Source of the DNA: Terrimicrobiaceae bacterium
GTDB lineage: Bacteria; Verrucomicrobiota; Verrucomicrobiia; Chthoniobacterales; Terrimicrobiaceae
Assembly: GCA_041752695.1 (NCBI GenBank)
Contig: JBGSVZ010000005.1
Coordinates: 1-64,000 of the forward strand
Reading direction: 5' to 3'
DNA length: 64,000 nucleotides
In this document: positions 1 through 9,168 of the stretch, one piece after another
Position numbering within the stretch: the first letter of the stretch is position 1
Layout of the letters: each line of letters opens with the position of its first letter
Program-made: the position numbers and the translations under genes
The notes under the pieces: model-generated
What the model saw: the letters and a program-made list of their open reading frames with translations, nothing else
The model's database searches: none
What the model was told of the DNA's origin: nothing

Positions 1-94
1 GGGCAACTTCCGTCACGGGCTTTCCCAGGTTCACAAGGCCTACGGCCTGGGCCTTGAACTCTGCTGTATATCGTTTTCTGGTCACTGGATTCAT
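1..94 (-). CDS. IS3-family transposase OrfA, N-terminal part (partial; not in ORF track)
   Basis: Hand translation MNPVTRKRYTAEFKAQAVGLVNLGKPVTEVA matches the IS3 OrfA HTH start pattern RK.Y..EFK..AV. Confidence 0.85.
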   Translation of the reverse strand, partial: MNPVTRKRYTAEFKAQAVGLVNLGKPVTEVA

Positions 95-141
95 TGTCGC
101 TTATTCCTTTATTTCCTGGTCCAGAAATTTCGCGCGCCTCA
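1..141 (-). mobile_element. Left end of an IS3-family insertion sequence (continues beyond window start)
   Basis: Minus strand begins TGAGGCGCGCGAAATTTCTGGACCAG (5'-TG terminus typical of IS3), followed by an AAAGGA RBS and an OrfA-type reading frame. Confidence 0.8.
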
Positions 142-957
142 CAGGGCAACAGCTGCCACGACTGGAGGAGCAAGCCACTCCGCAGGTTTCAGCCAGATTC
201 TAGCTTTTATTCTCCAGACAATCGCCCAAATAAGCGCCAATCCAGGCGCGAGCCAGAGCCACGGCTCCTCAGCAACAGAACTGAAAATAGCGCTTACCAT
301 AAAGGCCAGCCACACCCCGAAGGGAACCGCCAGCCAGCGCGAGCGCGAATTTGGCAGGCAAATCACGAAAACAGCCAACCATCCGGCTAGATAAAAGAAC
401 CGGCCAACCCAGCCGAACTCAACCAGCCAGGTAAGGTGACTGTTGACCATCGTCCGGTACGATTCATTGTGATTCAGATCCTGATACCATTCCATGAAGG
501 CTTTACCGGAATTCCCAAGCCCCCATCCCCCAGGAGCGTCGAGCATCATGGAGGGTGCGGATTTCCAGAGTTCAAGCCGGTTGGTAACGGAACGATCTTC
601 TCGGACGACTCCTTGTCCAAGACGCTCGTGGGCTTGGAGATACACCGAAAATCCAACAATCATCCATACCGCCGCAACGGTACCCACAATCCGTTTCCAT
701 GGCCAAGGCCGAGGAGCCATCAGTAGGACGGGAACCAATCCGATGAAGAGTGCGACGAATCCTCCCCGAGAGAAGGTATGGACCAGACAGATGCCGAGCC
801 CGGTAAATCCGACAAGGGCTAGCCAAAATCCCCATTTCCGAATATACGCCAGCACCCAAAGCCCCACCATGAGAGTGGCGATAAGCGCAGCGGTTTTATT
901 GGGATTACCCAGCCCCCAATCCATCCGCCAGATTCCTTTGAAGAAAAATTCCTCCAT
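139..957 (-). pseudogene. O-antigen ligase (Wzy_C)-like membrane protein, probably truncated by the IS3 insertion
   Basis: GLGNPNK, TFSRGG and RLELWKSA..M...P.GWGLGN motifs with many TM segments; its TGA stop is the first 3 nt of the IS end; start taken at ATG 957 (ORF open to 1035). Confidence 0.7.
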
Positions 958-1031
958 GTTGAGGCGAAAGCGGTAGGGAAATATTGCAGAACTTTCAAGG
1001 GTGGAGCTTGCGAGACTGCGCGGCCCTTCCC

Positions 1032-3908
1032 TCACAAGCGCAGCTTAACAGAGGCTTTTTCTGAATTCTCCGGATCTTGATGCAGCAGTCTATCCGCAAT
1101 TGATCGTGTCAATTGAAGACCCTTTCGGACTAGGGGTTTAAGTCGTTGCACCCCTACCCTTCTGGACGAAGAGATGCTTTCCCAGATTGCCGGCCGGATG
1201 TCGATGCCGCGCGAAAAGCGATTTGTCGGCGACTGCACATCAAGAGCGGCTTGCCGATTCCCTTCTGGAAGCCGTTCCATGAGGCGGATCTTGTCTGGCG
1301 TATGAACTGTACAAGATTGGCGTCCCCGCGAGCAGGCAACATAGGTCCCTTTGGCGGTCAGATTCTCGGCGGCAACAACAACATGGGCCGCAGTTCGCCC
1401 CTGGGCCTTATGGGAGGTCACAACATAGCCGTGACACCATTGGCGGAATTCCGCCGGGATGCACACTCCTTCTCGGCATTTTATCGAGCCGTTCGGCGAA
1501 ATCTCATCCACCGTAAGGACCTGTCCGTTGACAAGCCCGAGTTTTTTGTCGTTTGCGCGAATGAGCAGCTTGTCGCCCGAAGCGATTTCCAATTGCCGGG
1601 ACCGAGCTACGTTAAAGGAATCCACCTGGCCCAGGTTCAGCGAGATTTCCTCCCCGCAAGCATCTGCCACGACGTATCCGTTTTCCACTCGAACAACAAC
1701 CGCGGAAAACGCTGGGCGATGTGAGGATGGCGTAAAGTCGATCACCTGCCCCACCTCATACCGTCTCAGGTCTCGTTTTTGCTGATTGGTCCAGCGCAGC
1801 GACTCGTGGACCGTCACACTCGTTCCTTCTGGGGGGAGAACACCTTGTTTTTTCAAGCCATCCCGGATTGCTCCGGTAAAGCGGTGGTTTTCCTCCCAGG
1901 TAAAAGAAACTGCAATGCACCGATCCAGAGCCTTCCCCTGATCCGTCAGGCGCAAATAGTCCGCAGCCGCGTTGCTGAGATAATCGGCCTGTCCCTCCTT
2001 GATGCTGCCCATTCTATCCAACGTCTCCAGCCCACCCCGAACGTCCCCTCCCGCCATTTGGGTAATTGCGGCTCGGTAGTCCGCCGGAACCTGCCGGTGA
2101 ATTTCGCCGACCTGGCACCGGCCAATCCGGCTATGGGCCTCCAAAACGCGCAGGAAGTCTCCCGCTTCGACAGAAACGTGCTGGCGGACGTCACCGACCA
2201 GCAGAACGCGCAGGTCGTGGCGTTCTGCCATCCGTAGGAGAGCGGCCCCTTGTCTGTTGGATTTCAAACCCGCTTCGTCACAAATCACAACCGCTCTCTT
2301 CAACCCATTCCGCTTTTCCCCGTTGCGCAGGAAATCCTCCACCGTGGTTGATTCGGGAAATCCCTCCCCCTGCAAAACTTTCGCGGCGGAAGTCGTGGGA
2401 GTGATGGCAAAAACCGTGTGACCCGATTCCGTCAAACCCCGTTGCACCTCGCGCAATGTCGTGGTTTTTCCGGCACCTGCCACGCCACGAAAACTGAACA
2501 CCCGGTCTCTTGTAGAAAGAATTTCCTTCACAGCAGTCCGCTGTTCTGCGGAAAGATTTTCGGTTGGCACAAACGCGGAATTGAGCGGGACGCACTGGCT
2601 TTTGCCCGCATTCACGTAGGACACCGCCCATTGTTCCATGGCCAGCCCCTGTCGCGTGGCGAATTCGGCGAGCAATCCATCATCGGGAGTCAGCCGGACC
2701 AATCCGGCCTCCTCCGCTCGCAGGCGCGCCTTGAGTTTTTGCAAATCAAGGTTTCCCAACGACTGATTGAGAGCTTCCGCCAAGACCTGATGTTCTTTGA
2801 GAACGCTTTGCCGTTCAAATAGATGTTCCACACTGACGCTGAGCGCATCGTGCTCTCCACCAGCCGCCAGCCCTTCGGCAGGACATGAAGTGGCATGGCC
2901 ACGTAACGCTTGCAGTTGCTCCCATTCGCCCGGCTGCAACTGCCCCCGCTGCCTGGCGAGGACCTCGGGAGTAGTGATTTCCTTTAACCCAGGAGAACGG
3001 GTTTCTCTCGTGATGAGGGAAATTTCTAGAGTCGTCGGTTCCCGCCCTCGTTCGCGCTCAAATTTTTCGATCTCTCGCTCGATTTCCTCCCGGCGTTTCG
3101 AAAAACGGTGGCACAATTCGCCGGAAACGCCCTCGATTTCAAACCCGGTCACATCGCCGTTTTGCCGAATTTCGCGGATTTCGTAGCCGAGTTCCCGGAC
3201 GGAACGCGCCAGCTCGTTCTGATAGACCTTGCCTGCGTATCGCACCGCCTTGACCATCTCGAATTCATTTAAGGCATACCACCGGCAATTCGGCGCTTGG
3301 GTAGCATTGGCAATGACGAAATGCGTGTGCAACTGCGGGTCGAGCGCCCGGCTGGCATCGTGGGTAAATGCTGCCGCGCAAATATTCCCGGTGATCTCCG
3401 ACCTGCGCTCGACCGGCGAGTTGTTCTGGCGCGAGGCGAACTGTTCCAGTTCCCCCAAGGCCAGCCGTGAAGCTTTGGTATGAGCATCCCGCAAACGAGG
3501 GTCTTCCGCCAGCACGGCCATGATGGAAACCGACTTGGGAGCCGAGCACTGGAAATCCAGAAAAGCCACCCGATTGGAAACGGGCTTCATTTCCAGCCGA
3601 AAGTTGGCAACCTCTTGGGCCGAACCCGAACGACCATTCTTTTCCCTAAAGGCCCGAGCCGCCTCCATCAATGTCGGTTGCCGTGTATCTTTAGTGCGTG
3701 GAGTCAATCGCTCGGAAGTTCCAGGATGCCGGTTGATCCGCAACGCTTCGAAATCCGCAGGAGTAACAGCCCCAGAAAGCCCGAGGGATTCCGACGCCTT
3801 GCCTACCCACTGCCCGGTCACTTTTTCCCCCTTGGCGTAGTAATCATTCGCGGCGAGGTGATTCGCCAGATAGGTCGAACCGTTGCGGATTTTTGCCGAT
3901 GTAAACAT
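1032..3908 (-). CDS. MOBF (TrwC/TraI-like) conjugative relaxase-helicase
   Basis: N-terminal NDYY tyrosines, DFQCSAPKSVS, HUH motif DPQLHTHFVIAN, FSKRREEI; helicase GVAGAGKTT, DEAG, GYVVTSHKAQG; ATG at 3908. Confidence 0.95.
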   Translation of the reverse strand: MFTSAKIRNGSTYLANHLAANDYYAKGEKVTGQWVGKASESLGLSGAVTPADFEALRINRHPGTSERLTPRTKDTRQPTLMEAARAFREKNGRSGSAQEVANFRLEMKPVSNRVAFLDFQCSAPKSVSIMAVLAEDPRLRDAHTKASRLALGELEQFASRQNNSPVERRSEITGNICAAAFTHDASRALDPQLHTHFVIANATQAPNCRWYALNEFEMVKAVRYAGKVYQNELARSVRELGYEIREIRQNGDVTGFEIEGVSGELCHRFSKRREEIEREIEKFERERGREPTTLEISLITRETRSPGLKEITTPEVLARQRGQLQPGEWEQLQALRGHATSCPAEGLAAGGEHDALSVSVEHLFERQSVLKEHQVLAEALNQSLGNLDLQKLKARLRAEEAGLVRLTPDDGLLAEFATRQGLAMEQWAVSYVNAGKSQCVPLNSAFVPTENLSAEQRTAVKEILSTRDRVFSFRGVAGAGKTTTLREVQRGLTESGHTVFAITPTTSAAKVLQGEGFPESTTVEDFLRNGEKRNGLKRAVVICDEAGLKSNRQGAALLRMAERHDLRVLLVGDVRQHVSVEAGDFLRVLEAHSRIGRCQVGEIHRQVPADYRAAITQMAGGDVRGGLETLDRMGSIKEGQADYLSNAAADYLRLTDQGKALDRCIAVSFTWEENHRFTGAIRDGLKKQGVLPPEGTSVTVHESLRWTNQQKRDLRRYEVGQVIDFTPSSHRPAFSAVVVRVENGYVVADACGEEISLNLGQVDSFNVARSRQLEIASGDKLLIRANDKKLGLVNGQVLTVDEISPNGSIKCREGVCIPAEFRQWCHGYVVTSHKAQGRTAAHVVVAAENLTAKGTYVACSRGRQSCTVHTPDKIRLMERLPEGNRQAALDVQSPTNRFSRGIDIRPAIWESISSSRRVGVQRLKPLVRKGLQLTRSIADRLLHQDPENSEKASVKLRL

Positions 3909-4193
3909 GGTGTCACTTGACAAATATCATTGTGTGCAATATGTGCAAACTAAACATCGCGCACATGGTCAAGAATGTCATCACGAATTCTCGTTCCCCC
4001 AATCTCCTTCAGGAGGAGAGACGCAATATGTCAAACAGGGGTTTGATTCCCGGACCGGACTCGAATGACTCTCGAATGCCATTCGAGAGTCGTTTCAAAG
4101 AATTCGAGCTGCCCTCCCGTTATGGACAGTTGCCAATCGAATTTGCTGAAATCCGCTCGAATCCTCTCGAACGGCAACCAAGAGAGGTCCGCC
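3909..4193. promoter_or_regulatory. Candidate oriT and divergent promoter region
   Basis: Lies between the divergent relaxase and accessory genes; perfect IR GACTCTCGAATG-C-CATTCGAGAGTC (4067-4091); direct repeat GCAATATGT(G)CAAAC (~3936 and ~4023); several TCGAAT motifs. Confidence 0.6.
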
Positions 4194-4535
4194 GTGCCTA
4201 AAACCCAGCCGCCTGCCTCCAGCCGCAATCCGGCGTTTCAGTCGAAACTGGAGCCCCATCGCGCATTCATCCGGGAGTGCCGCTCCAAACGGTGGAGCTA
4301 TCCGCGCATCGCGGCAGCGTTGCGCGAGCAATACGGTGTGAGTGCCGCTCCGAGCACCATTTTCAATTTCGTCAAAGTCCGCGCCCGGCGGCGCAGCGTC
4401 TATGCGCTTCCGGACGACCTGCCGGTTTCTCCAGCCGCTGCCTCAGACCTCGAAAGCCAAAGTTTCTTCACGCCACCCCAACCCATAAAATCCCATGAGC
4501 ACAAACTCCGAAAACTCAACCTCAACAACCTCTAA
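4194..4535 (+). CDS. Small HTH DNA-binding protein, TraK/StbA/MobC-like
   Basis: GTG 4194 after GAGG; SKLEPHRAFIRECRSKRWSYPRIAAALREQYGVSAAPSTIFNFV HTH pattern; first gene after the oriT region. Confidence 0.6.
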   Translation: MPKTQPPASSRNPAFQSKLEPHRAFIRECRSKRWSYPRIAAALREQYGVSAAPSTIFNFVKVRARRRSVYALPDDLPVSPAAASDLESQSFFTPPQPIKSHEHKLRKLNLNNL

Positions 4536-5340
4536 AGTCCTCCATCGGCTCGTCCTGCCGATCCAGTCACGCGGCAACCTTGGCAAATCCACCGAGACCC
4601 TTGCCCGTTGCGAATGGATGAATCAGCGCAGCGTCTCGTGGAAGGGTTACGACCTGGATGCCTTCAACCACACCTTCAGCAATACTTTCCCCGATCGGGT
4701 CGCTTTCGTTGAACAGAGCCGGGAACCAGAAGGAGACTTGATCAAAATTTTTCGCCGCTTGAGCGAGAATGACGTGACGGTGATTGATCCCCGCGCCCAC
4801 ATGAACAAGGTCATCTTGAGGGCGATGGAAATGGTTCAACTCAGCGAAAGATGCGGAAGCATCGGAGCTCGAATCACCGTTCTCATCTATCCAACCGACG
4901 ATCTCTCCGATATGGAGGACATCGTTGAGACGGTTGAAATTCTCTCGAATAAGGTCGATTGGGTAGTCGTCCGAAATCCGGCAAAAATTCCCGCAGCGAA
5001 TTTCTTTCGCGGTTCGGAATTGGAGGCGCAATTGGCGGGATACGGTGCCGCCTTTCTGGAAATACCCGCGCTGCTCTCCGACACCCGCAACTATCTACGC
5101 TCACGGGAAGTTCAACTTGGACGAGCGCTCTCGCCTACCGAGGCACTGAAAGTTCAATTTGATATCGCCCATCGCATCGTTCTCGAACAATGGCTTTCGG
5201 ACGTGTTCGAGCGCTACGACGCCATCGCCCGGCATCTGATACCCACGGCCAAGGTCGCTGCGTTGAAATCGCCGCCCACGATGAAACCCGCCACCAGAAA
5301 ACGCCGGACTTCTGGAGTCAATTTAGAAAACATCGCGTGA
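4495..5340 (+). CDS. ParA/MinD-like P-loop NTPase, TraL/MobD/StbB-like
   Basis: Deviant Walker A QSRGNLGKS, YDLDAFN, VTVID, VVVRNP and EIPAL follow the layout I recall for IncP TraL. Confidence 0.7.
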   Translation: MSTNSENSTSTTSKVLHRLVLPIQSRGNLGKSTETLARCEWMNQRSVSWKGYDLDAFNHTFSNTFPDRVAFVEQSREPEGDLIKIFRRLSENDVTVIDPRAHMNKVILRAMEMVQLSERCGSIGARITVLIYPTDDLSDMEDIVETVEILSNKVDWVVVRNPAKIPAANFFRGSELEAQLAGYGAAFLEIPALLSDTRNYLRSREVQLGRALSPTEALKVQFDIAHRIVLEQWLSDVFERYDAIARHLIPTAKVAALKSPPTMKPATRKRRTSGVNLENIA

Positions 5341-6230
5341 GCGAAGGCACATCAACGCCGGTAGAAAACCCCTATTGGAAAGCTGCGATTTCGCGGCTCT
5401 CCAATCCCGAAATGCGAGATCGGGCCTGGGAGTTTTACGTGCAGCGTCTCGCGCAGAATCCTAAAATGGCCGACACGTTTAGCGGTCTGATTTTGGTGTT
5501 GGAGGCCCACGGGCTTTACATGCTCGATCTGCCCAAAGCCCTGCACGACGCGACGGTCACCCCGCTCGAAGCGGAAACAGCGAGGTTTCGCGAGGCAGCC
5601 GAGGAGTCCGTCAATCGTCACAAGCAGGTCGCACAAGACAATCTGCATGCCTGCGAAAAAATCCTCCATACGGCGGAGACGGCGACCGCCGCCGTCCGGG
5701 CACTTGACGATGCCATTCGGGACGGCTGGCAGACTGTGGACACGGCGAAATTGGCCGAGCGGATTCAACAGGACATGGAAAAAGCTCTTCTTCAGCCCCT
5801 CGCCAAGCAATGCCAGGAGTTGGAAGCAGCAACTCCGGCGATCCTCCTAGCCGCCGGCAAACTCAAGGAGTCGGCCCGCGAACTGCAAATCCTGCATTCC
5901 AAGGGCGTACTTTTTGTTCTCATGGTGGCCTGCCTCGTTGTTATGGGCGGGTGCTTCTTCTATGGCTGGAATCTCCTCGCCGAGCGATACTCCCGGAAGA
6001 TCGGCCTCGCCTTGGCAAAAATCGAATTCGTCGGAGGACAAAATCGTGAGGCGTTTTCCAAGTTGCTGGCGATGAATGTGCCCATTCATGTGGTGCCGGT
6101 CGTTGACAACAACGACAAGGTCATCCCCGGAAAATTTGCCCTCATCATGCAAAAAGCCGACGAAACGAGATTGGAAAATTCCAAAAGCGGCAAGGAGGCG
6201 ACCATTTTCTTTCGGGAAAAGTCCTACTGA
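5337..6230 (+). CDS. Coiled-coil protein with a single TM helix, TraM/MobE-like position
   Basis: GTGA overlap with the upstream stop; helical N-terminus; TM GVLFVLMVACLVVMGGCFFYGW. Confidence 0.55.
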   Translation: MSEGTSTPVENPYWKAAISRLSNPEMRDRAWEFYVQRLAQNPKMADTFSGLILVLEAHGLYMLDLPKALHDATVTPLEAETARFREAAEESVNRHKQVAQDNLHACEKILHTAETATAAVRALDDAIRDGWQTVDTAKLAERIQQDMEKALLQPLAKQCQELEAATPAILLAAGKLKESARELQILHSKGVLFVLMVACLVVMGGCFFYGWNLLAERYSRKIGLALAKIEFVGGQNREAFSKLLAMNVPIHVVPVVDNNDKVIPGKFALIMQKADETRLENSKSGKEATIFFREKSY

Positions 6231-6238
6231 GGATTTCC

Positions 6239-6365
6239 TCGAAGGCAACCGAGCGGGCCAGAGCGCCCGCACCGTTGCCCTCGAAGATCGCCTTGCACTG
6301 GCAAAAGCGGCGACCATGACAGATTGCTTCCCTCGCTGCGCTCGTCGCAATCCGGCATCGTCGCC
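6239..6365. other. Two adjacent hairpins, candidate single-strand initiation (ssi/sso) signal
   Basis: TCGAAGGCAAC..GCGGGC/GCCCGC..GTTGCCCTCGA (6239-6284); GGCGAC..GATTGC/GCAATC..GTCGCC (6309-6365) with loop CTCGCTGCGCTCG. Confidence 0.4.
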
Positions 6366-6483
6366 TTGACCTCTCAAGCCACGCAGTTTTATTTTCCCTG
6401 CTCGGTCAGAGCATTCCGGGAGGTAATTCCATTCGGGAAATCAGGAGTTTGCCAGCAGGTCTCTTTTGGAGTTATCTCAACTC

Positions 6484-6654
6484 ATGTCCACAGTCGTCGC
6501 CACCTTGAGCGCGAATGAAGTTCGCGAGGAAAGCCGAGCCATCAAGAAAGCTGGCAAGGAAATCCGCAAGGATCGAGCCACGACCCTCGCGTTTCTCCAC
6601 AAACATGGGTTTGTGACGAAGACCGGTAAATTGACCAAACGCTACGGCGGATGA
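6484..6654 (+). CDS. Small basic hypothetical protein (56 aa)
   Basis: GGAG upstream of ATG 6484; ends FLHKHGFVTKTGKLTKRY. Confidence 0.6.
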   Translation: MSTVVATLSANEVREESRAIKKAGKEIRKDRATTLAFLHKHGFVTKTGKLTKRYGG

Positions 6655-6815
6655 CCCCACAAGGGTTTCTTCTCGTGATCGCTTCTGGTCGGGATTGAGA
6701 GGAACTCCATTTTCCGGGTAGGGAAAAAAGTCGCTTGCACGGCTGGCATCGCGGACAATGCACATATAGCACGGGATTTCTTGCCGGAGATTTTTAGTTC
6801 TATAAATTCGAGTTC

Positions 6816-7247
6816 ATGAAATCGTCCACGGCTCCGAAACGCATCACTCTTGTTCTTCGCGGCGACCTGACCGAGCGGGCTCTCGAAAAAGCGGCCCTTC
6901 TTCAGCAAAATCCAAATAGTTTTGTTAATCTGTGCGTGGAAGGGATGCTCGACGCGATGGACTCTCCAGGGAGCTACGATCCTCCCGTTCTGGAACTCTA
7001 CAATCGTGTCAAAGGCCGCACCTTTCTGACCTCCAAGGCTGTCATGACCCTCGTTTCCGCATTCGTTCCCGAGGTGCAGGAAATCGACGATCAAGAGCGG
7101 AAATTCCTTATGGAATTGGTCGACAAACATGAAGGGCGTCTGACGCCCGATATTTTCAAAGGATACTGCCGGGTCGCCAAAAGGATGAACATCGAACGTA
7201 TCGCCCATGAAAAGGAATTGAAGAAACTCCAGGGCAAGAACCGCTGA
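6816..7247 (+). CDS. Ribbon-helix-helix (Arc/CopG-like) domain protein
   Basis: KRITLVLRGDLTERALEKAALLQQNPNSFVNLCVE beta-alpha-alpha pattern. Confidence 0.55.
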   Translation: MKSSTAPKRITLVLRGDLTERALEKAALLQQNPNSFVNLCVEGMLDAMDSPGSYDPPVLELYNRVKGRTFLTSKAVMTLVSAFVPEVQEIDDQERKFLMELVDKHEGRLTPDIFKGYCRVAKRMNIERIAHEKELKKLQGKNR

Positions 7248-7413
7248 AAGTTGCTCCGAATTCGGAGACATGCAGTTGGAGTTCGTCACTACAGTCCGCG
7301 GAATGCCTGCGGAATCTCTGACCGAAATCGAAAATTCTCCCGCCGAAAATCAGTCGAAAAGTTGCTCCCATTTGGGAACACCCGGCTCGATTGATCGGAC
7401 TACCGTCAGCCGC

Positions 7414-7770
7414 ATGTTCCAGCAACATGACCTGACAATCCTGGAGAACAGACCGGAAGTCGGAGCTTTGGCCCGTATGCTTGACGGACTTTCTGCGGCG
7501 CCCGTCATTGTGTCGATGCTTGAAGAGCAGGGCCGTCAACTGGCGGCCTTACGCGAAGACTTGAGGAGAAAATCCACCTCGGAAACCGATGGCTGGCTCG
7601 ATGCCAAGGCCGCCGCTCATTATTTGGGTCTTTCCGCCGCCACCTTTGATAAATACCGCTATCAGACCAAAGTGAAAATCAAGGGCTACCGGGTGGGCGG
7701 AAAGCTGCTTTACCAGCGCAAGGATTTGGACAGTTTCGTCAGGCTCTACGAAATCAATTCGACGATGTAG
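7414..7770 (+). CDS. Excisionase-like HTH (HTH_17/MerR-type) protein; start uncertain (7270, 7414 or 7478)
   Basis: GWLDAKAAAHYLGLSAATFDKY...YRVGGKLLYQRKDLDSF; convergent with the integrase. Confidence 0.8.
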   Translation: MFQQHDLTILENRPEVGALARMLDGLSAAPVIVSMLEEQGRQLAALREDLRRKSTSETDGWLDAKAAAHYLGLSAATFDKYRYQTKVKIKGYRVGGKLLYQRKDLDSFVRLYEINSTM

Positions 7771-9028
7771 CCAGATACGCTCGAAGAAGCTCCGCGTAGT
7801 TTCCCGGCGGCATTTGCGCAAACCATGTTTCCGCGTCAGCGTCCGTAACGTTTCGCTTGTAGCTGTCCACGATTTCAGCAGGACTGTTGCCCATTTCTGC
7901 AGCCAACTCCGCCAGATTTCCTTTCAACTGCCGAATACGGTAAGAGGCATAAGAATGACGGCATCCATCATAGACACTCTTGACGTTCGCTTTGGTGCGC
8001 AACGCGATCATTTTCTTCGAATGGGCTGATTGATGCCTCCAGATCGGGCCGGTCAAATCCGAAAACGGCTTCAGCCACGCTTGAGCCGCGGCATTCAAGG
8101 GAATATCACGCGTGGCCTTGGAGCGCACTTTCTGGCCTTGGACATGCAAGAGCAGGTCATTCCAGTTCAAAGCCTCCCACCGGAGTGGCGGCCGGCTCAA
8201 TCCTTCCGCGTGAATCTCAAATGGCCGCAAACCGCAAAATCCGCCCAACACCAAGACAGGGATCAGATCTACGTCATGTTCCAGCGCCGTTTTCAGAAGC
8301 TTCGTGAATTCGGCGGGCGTGTAAATATCCACGGCCTCCCGCTGTTCATCCTTGGGAGGTCGGACTTTCTGGAACTCCGTTTTACCCGTGTCGGGAATGG
8401 CCTTCAAAATATCACGCGAATATAGCGACAGAGACACCAGGGAACCGCGCACCCCTTTGCGGGTTTTTATGCCCCAAGGTGCGCCCGTCTTTTCATCCAG
8501 ACACGTCCCCAGCCAGTCTGAAACCTCCTGCGTCGTGATGTCGTGAATTTTGCGGTTTCCGAATGTTTTGTTGAACCGGCGAAAATGTTTTTCGAGGGTC
8601 TTGATTTGAATGTCCGTCACTCCGTTCGTGCGCTGCGCCGCGACAAAGCTTGTCGTGCAATCCGAAACGGGTTTGGCCTTGAAGTGTTTCGTTTTGTGGT
8701 GGGCGATGTAAAACGCCACCGCCTCGCGCAATGACGCGCTGTTTCCCTCCTCCCGCAAAAGCTGCTCCAACTCCGCGTAAAGCTTGATGTTGCCATTGAG
8801 GGGATGCAGGGCAAGGGAGTTCTCCCGCTGGTCATCCAGCTTGGAAAATTCCGCCTCCAGATACTCCAACGCGGATTGAGGAGTTTTGAAGGTATTTTGG
8901 CGAGGCGTGCCAGCAAAAGTGAATGCCGTTTTGAAAGTCCCATTACCAAGACGGTAAATTTTTCCCGTCCTGCCGTTCTTCTCGAACTTGAAGGGAAAAC
9001 GGAATTGTTGGGCCGTGCGCGGTTTCAT
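7754..9028 (-). CDS. Tyrosine recombinase / phage-type integrase
   Basis: FCGLRPFE (R), KVRSKATRDIPL (K), DGCRHSYASY, EMGNS...DSY (Y); ATG 9028 with AAGGGAG RBS; adjacent to the tmRNA 3' end. Confidence 0.93.
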   Translation of the reverse strand: MKPRTAQQFRFPFKFEKNGRTGKIYRLGNGTFKTAFTFAGTPRQNTFKTPQSALEYLEAEFSKLDDQRENSLALHPLNGNIKLYAELEQLLREEGNSASLREAVAFYIAHHKTKHFKAKPVSDCTTSFVAAQRTNGVTDIQIKTLEKHFRRFNKTFGNRKIHDITTQEVSDWLGTCLDEKTGAPWGIKTRKGVRGSLVSLSLYSRDILKAIPDTGKTEFQKVRPPKDEQREAVDIYTPAEFTKLLKTALEHDVDLIPVLVLGGFCGLRPFEIHAEGLSRPPLRWEALNWNDLLLHVQGQKVRSKATRDIPLNAAAQAWLKPFSDLTGPIWRHQSAHSKKMIALRTKANVKSVYDGCRHSYASYRIRQLKGNLAELAAEMGNSPAEIVDSYKRNVTDADAETWFAQMPPGNYAELLRAYLATSSN

Positions 9029-9168
9029 ATGAGCTCCCTTCCATATACCACAATATACAAAAAACGACAAGCTGATTGATGTGTGGAATGTTTCGGCCTC
9101 CCCGGGAGGAATCCAAGAAATCCCCTGATTTTCAGCAATTTACGCCGATTTCACGTGGGTTTGAAAAG

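Larger units (their letters stand above)
1..9168. mobile_element. Integrative mobilizable element / genomic island at the ssrA 3' end (other end outside window)
   Basis: Integrase, excisionase, relaxase and oriT module directly downstream of tmRNA; no ssrA terminator seen; tandem CCATATACCA/CAATATACAA at 9041-9060 resembles arm-type sites. Confidence 0.85.

Noticed and set aside
1..9168. Second copy of the ssrA 3' end (other att site)
   Set aside because: Not found by eye within the window; the boundary probably lies to the left
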